NCBI GenBank assembly: GCA_043817485.1
Contig: JBDRGX010000058.1
Coordinates: forward strand, 1-32,165
Reading direction: 5' to 3'
Source of the DNA: a bacterium
Lineage (GTDB): Bacteria; JBDRGX01
DNA: 32,165 nucleotides
How positions within the stretch are numbered: the first letter of the stretch is position 1; each line of letters opens with the position of its first letter. Shown here one piece after another: positions 18,933-29,433 of the stretch. The notes below the pieces were generated by a model. That model had not been told where the DNA came from. It saw nothing but the letters and a program-made list of their open reading frames with translations, and made no database searches. The translations under genes and the position numbers were made by a program.

Positions 18933-19137
18933 TCAATCTTTTCCTTTTTTACTTTTCCATGAAATAATTAAGTGAAAATTCTTGTAATGGTAAATTTTGT
19001 TATTTTCTCTATATTCTTTATCTTTCAATCTGTTTTACTAAATAATAAAAAATGATTTGTAAGTTTTTATATAATTTGATATTGACTATTATTTTACTTT
19101 TTCTTATAAGTCTAACAAGTATTTATATAATTTTTAT

Positions 19138-19204
19138 ATTTTACCAAAATTGTATCAAACATGTCAAGAAAAAAGTTGACAATATTTAAAAAAATTGTTA
19201 ATTT
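19138..19204. promoter_or_regulatory. Back-to-back divergent sigma70-type promoters
   Basis: TGTCAA-gaaaaaag-TTGACA (19162-19181). Plus strand TTGACA-N17-TAATTT; minus strand TTGACA-N18-TAAAAT; both have TG extensions. Confidence 0.6.
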
Positions 19205-19458
19205 TTGCATTATTTTATTGATTGTAAATAAAAGACTTATAAGTTTTATTAAATACAAAATAACAAAAAAATAGTATATAAAAAGGTTTTTAAAAAAAAA
19301 TTTGGATTTTAGATTGAAAAAAATAATAAAAAACAGAATTCAAATAATTTTTCCTTCATTTTTAATTCATAATTTTTAATTATATTTTGTATTCTATTTC
19401 CTAACACATTTTTTTAATTTACTTTTAAATGCAATTTAATATAAGGAGGTTTTTAAAA

Positions 19459-21249
19459 ATGGCTCATCGATATAAAATAATTATTTTCATTGTTTTGGCA
19501 ATTATCATAAGCGTTGTTTGTCTGCAAATTAAAAAAAAACCACAAAAATTAACAAAAAAAATGGTTTATAGAATGGCTTTTCGAACTGATATTAAAACAT
19601 TAGATCCTGCAAATGTTGGGGATTTATATTCTCATATAGTAGTAAGCCAAATATATGAACCTTTATTACAATATGCTTATTTAAAAAGACCTTATGAATT
19701 AGAACCTTGTTTAGCAGAAAAAATGCCAGAAATTTCTTCTGATAATTTAATTTATACTTTTAAAATTAAAAATAAAGTTTATTTTCAAGATGATATTTGT
19801 TTTCCTAATGGAAAAGGAAAAGAACTTATAGCAAGTGATTTTGTTTATTCTTTTAAAAGATTAGCTGATATTAAAAACATTTCTGAAGGATGGTGGATTT
19901 TTGATGGAATGATAAAAGGCTTAAATGAATTTAGAGAACAATCAAAAAAAGATAAAAAAACAAATTATAATTTAGAAGTAGAAGGATTAAAAGTTTTAAA
20001 TAATTATACTTTTCAAATAAAATTAACTCGAAATTATCCTCAATTACTTTATGTTTTAGCAATGTCTTATACTTCAGCTGTTCCTTGTGAAGCAATAGAA
20101 AAATATGGAAATGAAATTATCTCTCATCCAATTGGTACTGGTCCTTACAAATTACAACAATGGATTAGAAATTCTAAATTAATATTAGTTAAAAATCCTA
20201 ATTTTAGAAATGAATTTTATCCATCAGAAGGAGAAATTGGAGATAAAGAAAAAGGCTTGTTAATAGATGCTAATAAAAAAATGCCATTTATTGATAAAGT
20301 TGATATATCTTTTATTTTAGAAGATCAGCCTTATTGGTTAAATTTTATGAAAGCAAATTTAGATGCAGCAGGAATTCCTAAAGATAATTTTCAAACTTGT
20401 ATCAATGAGCAAAAAGAATTAAAACCAGATATGATTAAAAAAGGTATTATTTTAACAAAAACACCTGAACCAGATACTACTTATATTGGTTTTAATATGA
20501 ACCATTCTATTTTAGGTAAAAATAAATATTTAAGACAAGCAATAAGTTTAGCTTATGATACTTCCAAAACAATTAAATTATTTTATAATGATTGTGCTAT
20601 TGCAGCACAAGGACCTATTCCTCCAAATATAGCAGGATATGATTCAACTTTAAAAAATTCTTATAGAGAATATAATTTAACAAAAGCTAAAGAATTATTA
20701 ATCAAAGCTGGTTATCCAAATGGTAAAGGGTTACCTGTTTTTATATATGAAAATAGTGGCAGCGATACAACTAGTCGTCAAATGGCAGAATATTTTGTTA
20801 AACAAATGTCACAAATTGGAATAAAAATAGAAATTAACAATAATACTTGGCCTCAATTTTTACAAAAATTAAAAACTAAAAGTGCTACAATTTTTGGATT
20901 AGCTTGGATTATTGATTATCCAGATGCTGAAAATTTCTTACAACTTTTTTATGGACCTAATAGTTCTCCAGGCCCTAATAGCACTAATTTCAATCATTTA
21001 GAATATAATAAATTATACGAAAAAATAAAATATCTCTCTGATAGTCCTAAAAGAAGAGAAATAATTAAAAAAATGGTAAGTATTTTAACAGAAGAATGTC
21101 CTTGGATTTTTGGAACACATCGTATTGCTTATGGATTATCTTATAAATGGAATAAAAACTATAAACCACATACTTTTAATTATGCATTAAAATATAAAAG
21201 AATAGATATGCAAATAAGAGAAAAAATGTTAAAAAAAGAAATAAATTAA
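19459..21249 (+). CDS. ABC transporter substrate-binding protein, family 5 (OppA/DppA-like)
   Basis: N-terminal membrane anchor; TLDPA, QIYEPLLQY, DFVYSFKR, PIGTGPYKL, LRQAISLA, AKELLIKAGY, WIIDYPDAENF. AGGAGG at 19444-19449 supports ATG 19459. Confidence 0.92.
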   Translation: MAHRYKIIIFIVLAIIISVVCLQIKKKPQKLTKKMVYRMAFRTDIKTLDPANVGDLYSHIVVSQIYEPLLQYAYLKRPYELEPCLAEKMPEISSDNLIYTFKIKNKVYFQDDICFPNGKGKELIASDFVYSFKRLADIKNISEGWWIFDGMIKGLNEFREQSKKDKKTNYNLEVEGLKVLNNYTFQIKLTRNYPQLLYVLAMSYTSAVPCEAIEKYGNEIISHPIGTGPYKLQQWIRNSKLILVKNPNFRNEFYPSEGEIGDKEKGLLIDANKKMPFIDKVDISFILEDQPYWLNFMKANLDAAGIPKDNFQTCINEQKELKPDMIKKGIILTKTPEPDTTYIGFNMNHSILGKNKYLRQAISLAYDTSKTIKLFYNDCAIAAQGPIPPNIAGYDSTLKNSYREYNLTKAKELLIKAGYPNGKGLPVFIYENSGSDTTSRQMAEYFVKQMSQIGIKIEINNNTWPQFLQKLKTKSATIFGLAWIIDYPDAENFLQLFYGPNSSPGPNSTNFNHLEYNKLYEKIKYLSDSPKRREIIKKMVSILTEECPWIFGTHRIAYGLSYKWNKNYKPHTFNYALKYKRIDMQIREKMLKKEIN

Positions 21250-21344
21250 TTTTTCATGAAAGGGGCAAGAGACAGAAAAGAATTAAAAATGAAGAAAAGA
21301 AATTTTTAAATGAAAAAACAACTTAAACATTTTAAATTGTTTTT

Positions 21345-21917
21345 TCAGGAATTTACATGGATGTGATTATTTTCATTCCATATAAAAACAAAAACGCTAT
21401 GAACTTTTTTATTTTTATATTCTATTATGTTTATTTTATTAAAATATTTTTTGCACAAAGAAGTTAAATCATCATAAGAAATAATTTTTCCTAATTCAAA
21501 AAATCTATTAGAAACTTTTTCTCTTATAAATAAATATTGAAAATTATTTTTAAGATTACTTAAAAAATTTTCTGGAGATTTTAAATGATGAAGTGTTCCC
21601 CATAAAATTCCTAATTCACCTTTAAATTCATTTTTTTCTAGATCTAAACAATAAGATTCTATTCCTTTTTTTTTCGCACTTTTAATTAAAGAATTTATTC
21701 TATCATAACCTTTAACTGAAATTGGATTAAAAATATTTTTTATTCGAAGTGTATTAGTACCATCTCCACAACCTAAATCTATTAAATTTTTATTTTTAAA
21801 TTCTACTGGTATTTTATTTTTAATAAATTCAAATTCTTTTTTGTATTCATCAATAACTATATTTCCACACATAGAATAAAAAGCTTTTTCTAAAATTAAT
21901 TTTGACTTAAAAAACAA
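21345..21917 (-). CDS. Class I SAM-dependent methyltransferase
   Basis: LIDLGCGDG motif I, GTLHHL; TTG start preceded by GAGG. Confidence 0.8.
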   Translation of the reverse strand: MFFKSKLILEKAFYSMCGNIVIDEYKKEFEFIKNKIPVEFKNKNLIDLGCGDGTNTLRIKNIFNPISVKGYDRINSLIKSAKKKGIESYCLDLEKNEFKGELGILWGTLHHLKSPENFLSNLKNNFQYLFIREKVSNRFFELGKIISYDDLTSLCKKYFNKINIIEYKNKKVHSVFVFIWNENNHIHVNS

Positions 21918-22142
21918 TTTTTCCTCTTTTTTATATTTTTAAAAATAAACTTTTAATAAGTATTATTTTATTAAAATATTTACAATAAATTATAATGATA
22001 ATTGCAGATTTTAGCCTGTGTTAATTAGTGCACAAAAAAAATATAGCTAAAATATATATGACTTTTTACAATAATATAACGAAGTTTTAGATAAAATAAC
22101 ACATTATATAAACATTTAAAAAAATTTGTTATTTAAAAATAG

Positions 22143-22179
22143 TAAAGCCCGATACTTATTTTGTAAATATCGGGCTTTA
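22143..22179 (-). terminator. Intrinsic terminator downstream of groEL
   Basis: TAAAGCCCGATA...TATCGGGCTTTA perfect 12-bp stem, 12 nt after the groEL stop, followed on the minus strand by CTATTTTT. Confidence 0.8.
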
Positions 22180-22191
22180 TAAAACTCTCTT

Positions 22192-23826
<1,635 letters not shown>

Positions 23827-23866
23827 TTATGTGTCTCCTTTTTCTTTTTATTTATTTTATTTATTT

Positions 23867-24152
23867 TTATAGAACAATACCTAATATATCTTCTTCTCTT
23901 AAAATTAAATGTTCTTCATCATCAACTTTTACTTCAGTACCTGCATATTTAGAAAAAAGTATTTTATCTCCAACTTTAACTTCTAAAGAAATTTTATCAC
24001 CTTTTTCATTTAATTTCCCTATTCCAACAGCAATTACTTCCCCTTGTTGTGGTTTTTCTTTAGCAGTATCTGGAATTATAATACCACCTTTTTTTTTCTT
24101 CTATTTCTATTCTTTTAACTAAAATTTTATCACCTAAAGGTCTTATTTTCAT
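23867..24152 (-). CDS. groS: Co-chaperonin GroES (frameshifted at a 9-nt homopolymer; absent from the ORF track)
   Basis: Manual translation [21 protein letters not shown] / [22 protein letters not shown]...[18 protein letters not shown]...[11 protein letters not shown]. The 286-nt span is not a multiple of 3; the break is at T9 24089-24097. AAGGAG RBS. Confidence 0.95.
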
Positions 24153-24171
24153 AAAATCATCTCCTTTTTTT

Positions 24172-24316
24172 TATACCAAATCTCATTTAAACGCTAACTG
24201 TGTTGGCTTTGTCATCGGCTCCTTCAATGTATATTAATATAGTTCCGTGTATATTAATACAGTTCCGTCGCCTCTTCTTAGCCGCCTTATTATCATTTTA
24301 AATACAACTTGTTATT
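24172..24316. mobile_element. ERIC-like miniature palindromic element with an internal 20-bp tandem duplication
   Basis: Imperfect terminal inverted repeats (TATACCAAATCTCATTTAAA / TTTAAATACAACTTGTTAT). The minus strand has AAGGCGGC...GCCAACACAG...GGTATA, in the order and spacing I recall for the ~127-bp ERIC consensus. 145 bp, or 125 bp without the duplication at 24228-24267. Confidence 0.65.
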
Positions 24317-24351
24317 TTATGTTAATTATTTTTGAAAAATGTTATAAAAGC

Positions 24352-24377
24352 ATTATACACATTTAATAAATTGTCAA
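24352..24377 (-). promoter_or_regulatory. Putative groESL promoter
   Basis: Minus strand TTGACA-N14-TATAAT; perfect hexamers but an unusually short spacer. Confidence 0.45.
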
Positions 24378-24415
24378 GTTTTTTTAAAAAAAAATAGTAA
24401 ACGCTTATTTAATTT

Positions 24416-25645
24416 TTACCCTTGAATTTGAGAGCTAACAGTTAATAAAGGTAAGAATAATGCTATTACTATAGCACCAACAACAATTCCTAAAAATATC
24501 ATTAAAAATGGCTCTATTGTTGAAGTTAAAGAATCTACGGCAGTATCTACTTCTTGATCATAAAAATCTGCAATTTTAGATAGCATAGCATCTAAAGCAC
24601 CTGCTTGTTCACCAACACCAATCATTGAAACTACCATATGGGGAAAAACCTTTGATTGTCTTAATGGATCGACTAAAGTTTTTCCTTCTTGAATTTGAAG
24701 TCGTGCTTCTAATACATGTTTTTCAATAAATTTATTACCAGATGTTTTAGCTGTAATAATTAAAGCATCTAATATTGAAACACCACTATTAATTAAAGTA
24801 CTTAAAGTACGAGCAAATTTTGCTACAGCTACTTTTTTCAATAAAATCCCAAAAATAGGTAGTTTTAACTGATATTTATCTACTTCAATTCCACCTTTAG
24901 GAGTTCGTTTATAAGAAACAAATAATATTATTAAAATAATAATTGCTACGACAATAAAAGGTAAAAATTTAATCAAAAAATTACTAAACCCTAAAAGCAC
25001 TTGAGTAGGCATAGGTAGCTTAGCCCCCATATCTTCAAACATTTTTTTAAAAACTGGAACAATAGTTAATATAATAAAAACGCTTATTCCAATAGCAAAA
25101 GTACCTACAACTGTTGGATACATCATAGCACCTTTTACTTTTGCTTTTAAATTTTCAGATTTTTCTACATACGCAGAGAGTCTATTAAGAATAACATCCA
25201 AAACACCACCAGCTTCACCTGCTTCTGTCATATGAACAAAAAGATTATTAAAAACACTTGGATGTTTAGATAAAGCAGCTGCTAAAGTAGAACCACTTTC
25301 AACTGAAATTTTAACCTGATCAATAATTTTGCCAAAATTTTTATTTTCTGATTGAGAGCCCAATATTTCTAAACATTGAACTAAAGGAAGCCCTGCATTA
25401 ATCATTGTAGCAAACTGTCGTGTAAAAATTACAATATCTTTAGTAGGAACACTACTTTTTTTAAGAAAATCTAAAGAAAAAGAAAATTTGAATTTTGAAG
25501 ATTTTACGTTAATAGTAATAGGAATAATTCCTTGTTCTCGTAAAATGCGAAGCGCAGATATTTTATCTAAACTTTCCAATTCTCCATTTATGGACTTACC
25601 TGTTTTTCTATTTTTTCCTTTGTAAATAAATATTGGCATATTCAT
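24416..25645 (-). CDS. pilC: Type IV pilus inner-membrane platform protein PilC (T2SS F family)
   Basis: FTRQFATMINAGLPL, AGEAGGVLD, MMYP, FARTLSTLINSGV, VGEQAGALD, IEP. Start may be 25639 (MPIF). Confidence 0.95.
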   Translation of the reverse strand: MNMPIFIYKGKNRKTGKSINGELESLDKISALRILREQGIIPITINVKSSKFKFSFSLDFLKKSSVPTKDIVIFTRQFATMINAGLPLVQCLEILGSQSENKNFGKIIDQVKISVESGSTLAAALSKHPSVFNNLFVHMTEAGEAGGVLDVILNRLSAYVEKSENLKAKVKGAMMYPTVVGTFAIGISVFIILTIVPVFKKMFEDMGAKLPMPTQVLLGFSNFLIKFLPFIVVAIIILIILFVSYKRTPKGGIEVDKYQLKLPIFGILLKKVAVAKFARTLSTLINSGVSILDALIITAKTSGNKFIEKHVLEARLQIQEGKTLVDPLRQSKVFPHMVVSMIGVGEQAGALDAMLSKIADFYDQEVDTAVDSLTSTIEPFLMIFLGIVVGAIVIALFLPLLTVSSQIQG

Positions 25646-25660
25646 TCCTTTTTTTTAAAT

Positions 25661-26749
25661 TTATATTACTTCTTTTCCTCTTGTAAACATATCTCTTAAT
25701 TCGTCTAAACGAAGAGTGTTAGACATAGCTTCTTCATAAGAAATAAGTCTTTTTGAATATAAATTATAAAGAGATTGATTCATTGTTTGCATTCCAAATT
25801 TTTGTCCTGTTTGCATAACTGAATAAACTTGGTGAAGTTTATCTTCTCGTATTAAAGATCTTAATGCGGGAGTAATAACTAAAACTTCTAAAGCTAAAAC
25901 CCTACCTTTAGCATTATACCGAGGAAGCAATTGTTGAGAAAGTATTCCTTCTAAAACAAATGAAAGTTGTCCTCTTACTTGTGGTTGTTGATATGGAGGA
26001 AAAACATCAACAATTCGATTAATTGATTGAATAGTATCCTGAGTGTGTAAAGTAGCTAAAACAAGATGCCCTGTTTCACTAATAGTTAAAGCTGCTTCAA
26101 TAGTTTCTAAATCTCTCATTTCTCCAATAAGAATTATATCTGGATCTTGACGAAGCACATATTTTAAAGCAGTAGGAAAATTTTTAGTATCTGATTGAAT
26201 TTCTCTTTGATTAATTAAACATTTTTTATGATGATGAAGATATTCTATTGGATCTTCAATAGTAATTATATGTAAAGATTTATTTATATTTATTTTATCT
26301 ATCATTGCAGCTAAAGTAGTTGATTTTCCAGATCCAGTAGGTCCAGTTACTAAAATAAGTCCTTTTGGTTTTTGAATAAAACTATCTACTACTGAAGGTA
26401 AATTCAATTCTTCAAAAGAAGGAATTCTGTAAGGAATTGTTCTAATAGATAAAGCAACACAACCTCTTTGTTTAAAAACATTTGCCCTAAATCGAGAAAG
26501 ATGATGAATTCCAAAAGAAAAATCTAATTCACTTTCTTGTTCAAATTGTTTTTTTTGAGCATCTGTTAAAAGACTATATGTTAACTGCTGTGTTAAATCT
26601 GGTGTTAAATCTTCATAATCCAATCTTAGTAATTTACCATCTATTCGTAATTGTGGTGGTGTTCCTACTGTTAAATGTAAATCTGATGCTTCTTTTTCCA
26701 CCATTAAGGACAATAATTCTTTTATATTAACTAATTTCGTCTTCTCCAA
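25661..26749 (-). CDS. pilT: Type IV pilus retraction ATPase PilT
   Basis: ASDLHL, GPTGSGKSTT, TIEDPIE, LRQDPD, GEMRD, ETGHLVLATLHT, ALRSLIRE (AIRNLIRE motif), GMQT. Confidence 0.96.
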   Translation of the reverse strand: MEKTKLVNIKELLSLMVEKEASDLHLTVGTPPQLRIDGKLLRLDYEDLTPDLTQQLTYSLLTDAQKKQFEQESELDFSFGIHHLSRFRANVFKQRGCVALSIRTIPYRIPSFEELNLPSVVDSFIQKPKGLILVTGPTGSGKSTTLAAMIDKININKSLHIITIEDPIEYLHHHKKCLINQREIQSDTKNFPTALKYVLRQDPDIILIGEMRDLETIEAALTISETGHLVLATLHTQDTIQSINRIVDVFPPYQQPQVRGQLSFVLEGILSQQLLPRYNAKGRVLALEVLVITPALRSLIREDKLHQVYSVMQTGQKFGMQTMNQSLYNLYSKRLISYEEAMSNTLRLDELRDMFTRGKEVI

Positions 26750-28457
26750 AAGTTACCCTCACTACTTCTTCTATGGTTGTTAAACCTTGTTTACACTTTA
26801 AAATAGCACTTTTTCTTAAAGCAGTCATTCCCGACTCAACTGCTTTTTTCTTAACTTCTCCACTAGATGCTCTTTTAAGAATTAATTCTCTAATAGCATC
26901 ATTTAAAGGCATTATTTCATAAATAGCTATTCTTCCTTTATAGCCCGTATTATTACAGGCTTCACATCCTTTTCCTTTATATAAATATTCTACTTTTTCA
27001 TTTTCTTGCTCAAAAATATTTCTTGTTTTTTGAGTAATTTCTACTTCTGTTTTGCATTTTTGACAAACTTTTCTTACTAATCTTTGAGCTAAACTCATTA
27101 AAAGGGAAGAAGAAATTAAAAAAGGTTCTATCCCCATATTAAGAAGCCGATTAATAGCACTTGGAGCATCATTTGTATGAAGAGTAGAAAAAACTAAATG
27201 TCCTGTAAGTGCTGCTTTAATTGATATTTCTGCTGTTTCATAATCTCTAATTTCTCCAACCATTATTATGTCTGGATCTTGACGCAAAAATGAACGAAGA
27301 GAACTTGCAAAAGTTAAACCAATTTCTGCTTTTGTTTGTACTTGATTAATCCCCATCAAATTGTATTCTACTGGATCTTCTGCTGTCATAATATTAATAT
27401 CAGGTACATTTATTGTATTAAGAGCTGAATATAAAGTAGTAGTTTTTCCACTACCAGTAGGTCCAGTAATTAAAATTATTCCATAAGGAGCGCCAATACA
27501 CTTTTCAAATTTTCTAAGTTCAATTTCTTCAAATCCCAATTTAGTAAGATCTAAAGAAAGAGATGATTTATCTAATATTCTCATTACTACCTTTTCTCCA
27601 AACAAGGTAGGTAAAGTAGAAACTCGAAGATCAATAGTTTTATTACGTACTTTTATTTTTATACGACCATCTTGCGGCAATCTTCTTTCTGCAATATCTA
27701 AATCTGCCATTATTTTTAATCTTGATGTAATTGCTGGTTTTAATTTTAAAGGTGGAGACATTGCTTCATATAAAATACCATCTATTCTATAACGAACTCT
27801 AAATTGTTTTTCATAGGGTTCTATGTGAATATCACTTGCTTCTCTTTTTACTGCATCAGAAATTATCAAATTTACCAATTTCACTACTGGAGCATCTTCA
27901 ATTTCTTTTTGAAGAGAAAAAATATCTACTTCTTTTTCAGATTCAACAACTTCTATTGCTGCATCTTCAACATCTTTAAGAACATCTTCAATGTTTTGTT
28001 CAACAATCTCTGTTTCTGCATCTATTTTTTTTTGATAATATTTTTCTATTACTTTATTTATAGAAATTTCTGGACTAACTACTGGTTCTACTTGTAGACC
28101 AGTGATAAATTTAATTTCATCAATTGCAACAATATTAGAAGGATCTGCCATTGCTAAAATAATAGCATCTCCTATTTTATCAATAGGAACTACCTTATAT
28201 TTTAATGCTATATTTACTGGAACTAATTTTATAGCAGATTCATTAATATCATAATTAGAAATATCAATAGAAGTAATTCCTAATTGTTTTGCTAAAATAT
28301 CTGCAATTACATTTTCTGCAACAAAGCCCAATTTTATAAAAACAGAACCTAATTTATTTTTAGTTTTTTCTTGTTCAATAAGTGCTAAAAGTAATTGATC
28401 TGAATTAATTAGTCCTTCTTTTAAAAGCAAATCACCTAATTTAATATTTTCTTCCAT
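26727..28457 (-). CDS. pilB: Type IV pilus assembly ATPase PilB
   Basis: MshEN-like N-terminus, ASDIHIEP, DIAERRLPQDGR, GPTGSGKTTT, EDPVE, LRQDPD, zinc motifs CQKC/CEAC, TGYKGR. Confidence 0.95.
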   Translation of the reverse strand: MEENIKLGDLLLKEGLINSDQLLLALIEQEKTKNKLGSVFIKLGFVAENVIADILAKQLGITSIDISNYDINESAIKLVPVNIALKYKVVPIDKIGDAIILAMADPSNIVAIDEIKFITGLQVEPVVSPEISINKVIEKYYQKKIDAETEIVEQNIEDVLKDVEDAAIEVVESEKEVDIFSLQKEIEDAPVVKLVNLIISDAVKREASDIHIEPYEKQFRVRYRIDGILYEAMSPPLKLKPAITSRLKIMADLDIAERRLPQDGRIKIKVRNKTIDLRVSTLPTLFGEKVVMRILDKSSLSLDLTKLGFEEIELRKFEKCIGAPYGIILITGPTGSGKTTTLYSALNTINVPDINIMTAEDPVEYNLMGINQVQTKAEIGLTFASSLRSFLRQDPDIIMVGEIRDYETAEISIKAALTGHLVFSTLHTNDAPSAINRLLNMGIEPFLISSSLLMSLAQRLVRKVCQKCKTEVEITQKTRNIFEQENEKVEYLYKGKGCEACNNTGYKGRIAIYEIMPLNDAIRELILKRASSGEVKKKAVESGMTALRKSAILKCKQGLTTIEEVVRVTFGEDEIS

Positions 28458-28469
28458 TTTTATCCTATT

Positions 28470-29327
28470 TTATCTAAAAGAAAAACTAGATCCTAAAGAA
28501 ACACAAGGATATTTCCCTATATTATAATCAGCATTTATGTTTATAAATAAAATATTAAAAGAAGCACCTATAATTAATCTCATTTTATTTTCACCTTCAA
28601 TTGCAACTGAAGCAGATTTTGCTTGAGAAGTTCCTTGTTTGTAAACATAAGAAATATCAGCTTTTGTATTATCAATTCCAATTCCTACATAAGGAGTAAA
28701 TAAAATTAAATTTTTACTTACATGCATATTTACATTTATTGTTTTACATTTCAAAACATCAGCTAAATTTAATGTTTGATAAGCTAATTGTGTAGAAATA
28801 TTAACAGGACAAAAAGGAATTAAGGTACTTAATTCATATTTAACACCAATTCCTAAAACAGTAAAATTGCTTTCTTCTATCGGAATAGTCATATATCGAC
28901 CCATTACTTCTAATCCTTTGAAAACACCTATGCTTGCTTGAGGAATTACAAAAGGAATTATAGATATATTAGCACCACCAGGAAAAATTATTCCATCAAC
29001 ATTTTTTTCTTCAGAAGATCCTAAAATAGTACTTACTTTAACTTTTTCCGTTAATCCTGGAACTTGTATTTCAAAAGTTTTTGCTTCTTCTGGCACAAGA
29101 AGAATCATTCCTTTTAAGCCCAAATCAAAACCTAATATTCCATGTACTTTAGCAGTATGAAATAAACCAGATCCCATATTAACTCCTAAAGCAGTTACAA
29201 AAGGTGTTAAATATCCTGAAATATATTCTTCAGAAGTTTTTTTAATTAAATCTTCTGGAGATTCAGAATAAAGTAATGTAATTCCAAGAATAAACATTAA
29301 AAACATTATTTTTATTTTCATTTTCAT
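28470..29327 (-). CDS. Exported, predicted outer-membrane beta-barrel protein (DUF6588-like)
   Basis: Signal peptide; YLTPF..GLFHTAKVH..GFDLG pattern recalled from DUF6588; alternating amphipathic strands in the C-terminal half; AAGGAG RBS. Confidence 0.6.
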   Translation of the reverse strand: MKMKIKIMFLMFILGITLLYSESPEDLIKKTSEEYISGYLTPFVTALGVNMGSGLFHTAKVHGILGFDLGLKGMILLVPEEAKTFEIQVPGLTEKVKVSTILGSSEEKNVDGIIFPGGANISIIPFVIPQASIGVFKGLEVMGRYMTIPIEESNFTVLGIGVKYELSTLIPFCPVNISTQLAYQTLNLADVLKCKTINVNMHVSKNLILFTPYVGIGIDNTKADISYVYKQGTSQAKSASVAIEGENKMRLIIGASFNILFININADYNIGKYPCVSLGSSFSFR

Positions 29328-29358
29328 TTAAAACTCCTTTTTTGATTTTAAAAAATTT

Positions 29359-29384
29359 ATTATAGGTTATTAAACAAAAGTCAA
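29359..29384 (-). promoter_or_regulatory. Putative promoter of the DUF6588-pilBTC operon
   Basis: Minus strand TTGACT-N14-TATAAT, about 30 nt upstream of the start codon. Confidence 0.4.
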
Positions 29385-29433
29385 GTTTTTTATTAAAGTT
29401 TAAAAATATATAATTAATAATCCATAGTAATTT

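Noticed and set aside
24228-24268. Tandem 20-mers as a CRISPR, iteron or CIRCE/HrcA operator
   Set aside because: No spacer between copies, no rep gene, and no match to TTAGCACTC-N9-GAGTGCTAA.
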